DNA from: Selaginella moellendorffii | Taxonomy: Eukaryota > Plantae > Lycopodiophyta | Assembly: GCF_000143415.4 (NCBI RefSeq) | Contig: NW_003314279.1 | Location: 1 to 64,000 of the forward strand | DNA: 64,000 bases | Reading direction: 5' to 3' | Shown: piece by piece, positions 62,573 to 64,000 of the stretch | How positions within the stretch are numbered: the stretch's first letter is position 1 | Layout of the letters: each line of letters opens with the position of its first letter | The notes under the pieces: model-generated | Databases searched by the model: none | The model's input: the letters and a program-made list of their open reading frames with translations, nothing else | What the model was told of the DNA's origin: nothing | Program-made: the position numbers and the translations under genes

Positions 62573-64000
62573 TTACAACAGGCTGTTTCGGAAGAAGCGA
62601 ACTCCCTGCTTGAAGAACGTAAATATCGAATGTGGTGTTTAAACAGTGCGAGACGAACCTGTAGTGCAAATACGACGTCATCATGGTCTACTTGCAACTT
62701 TGTCTTTCTGAGACGATCTTCGCGAGCTGTACCGAGGCCAAGAAGACCCTGAAATGTCGAAGATTAAACACTAGTTTGTCTTGCCACATAGCTTATACCT
62801 GGTCGGCAATTAGTTGACAAATTCCAGAGAATTCTTGAGAAGATACAGGGCGCATACCAGTTGTTTTACAAAACCCCAGGTACTGCTTATTCAGCTGCAA
62901 AGCTTCCCGTAAGTCCACTCATCAATTTTGACACTTGAAGAACGCCTACCTCGCCTAATGGCGCGTCCCTCTTTCTCTTCCGGAAGAGATTAGCGGCACT
63001 ACATAAGACCATCTGTACATCGATAACGAAATGAGCAGATAACGCATGACAAACACTGGTATTACCTGCGAATGTTTTGGCAAAGCTTGAATAGTTTCAA
63101 TGACAGGAGAACGGAAAACTTTGGCCAACGCCCTTGCCATGTGATCAACTTGCACAAACTGATCCCTTTGCAAGCACGTCGCTTCAGGCTCTGTAGATTT
63201 GCTTTTGTTCTCGGCTTCAAAAAGATCAAGAGCAGTCCTGCAACGCACCAAAGTTAAGAATCATAAGAAGTCACAGGGAATTACCAACCTGCAAGCGTAC
63301 AAGGCTTTTCTCATGTCCCCGGATGCAGCAGATACCCTCTGTTCCATTGAAAGATTAGAACATCAGCTAAGGTGGTTGCAATAACTTACTCTGGCGCACA
63401 GCTCCAAGGCTGCAGGATGAAACGTAGCCACCGATAGAGACTGGAAAAGGCAATGTTAATACTCAAAGACAAGATGTGTTGCCGTCTTCTACCGATAATC
63501 TTTGAAGCAAGACAGCGAAAATTTGGTCTTTGGTATACGCAGGAAATGTGATGACCTCCGGGTTACCTGCAATACGATCGACAATAAGATACAAACAGAA
63601 TAAACATCAGCGCAAGCCTTACAGCTGAAAGTTCTCAGCCTTGGTAGAAATCTTTCAGTTAAATCGATGGCGTTAGCAATTCCTTTGACAAGAAAAGAGC
63701 ATCAGCACACAAGAACGCGTAGAAAACAGCTCACCTATTAGAATGCAGCTGCTGTCTTTCAAAACGGATAATTGGAACAGCTCATACAACACAGTTTGTT
63801 CTCTGGTTATGAGATAGTCCATTTCATCGATGATTAAAAGCCTGGCAAGAAAAGCTTAGCGATTCCAAAAAGTGGCAAGGAAAACAAAAACATACTGCAT
63901 TTTCTTCGCACCCCTGTTGAACGATAGTAACTTCTTAAGTTGTTGGTACCCGACGCTTCGATCATCGTCAGCGCCTGGTTGTAAGGAGTGATAAATCTGC
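62573..64000 (-). CDS. CDC6: Cell division control protein 6 (CDC6), 3' exons; 5' end lies beyond the window
   Basis: LLIIDEMDYL (Walker B), GIANAIDLTERFLPRL, FPAYTKDQI, ALELCAR|RVSAASGDMRKAL, winged-helix tail DDVVFALQ|GVRFFRNSLL* (TAA 62575-62573). Confidence 0.93.

Overview
Eukaryotic plant nuclear DNA. Genes are dense, with mostly 50-130 bp GT-AG introns, an axonemal dynein assembly factor and an intronless PLS-class PPR. This fits a flagellate-sperm land plant, best the lycophyte Selaginella (inference). About 1-30.6 kb is gene-rich. It holds an HD-Zip I gene, LRRC6/DNAAF11, and a 2.96-kb tandem duplication giving two aldo-keto reductases (AKR), each head-to-head (82-86 bp) with an aldehyde oxidase (AO; one truncated, one intact). 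It also holds a PPR relic, a duplicated CYP78A+ADH block (one ADH intact), a rearranged retroelement with a ~570-bp inverted repeat, a decayed Crinkler/RHS-like NTPase-nuclease gene and an intronless TPR-SET gene. About 30.6-60.3 kb is a transposon island. It contains Ty3/gypsy remnants, minisatellites, a sugar-transporter pseudogene, AT-rich ~1.1-kb repeats, and a 7.3-kb LTR element (LTRs, PBS, PPT, CAAAC TSD, no coding capacity) nested in an inverted LTR of its own family. The window ends with a PPR gene convergent on the 3' part of CDC6. Best leads: a possible P450/alcohol/aldehyde oxidation cluster with an AKR-AO divergon, an orphan LRRC6 promoter pointing antisense into the AO duplicate, the Crinkler-like gene, the fungal-type TPR-SET, and an ABRE array in the LTR. 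Everything was read by eye, so family calls and identity estimates need computational confirmation.
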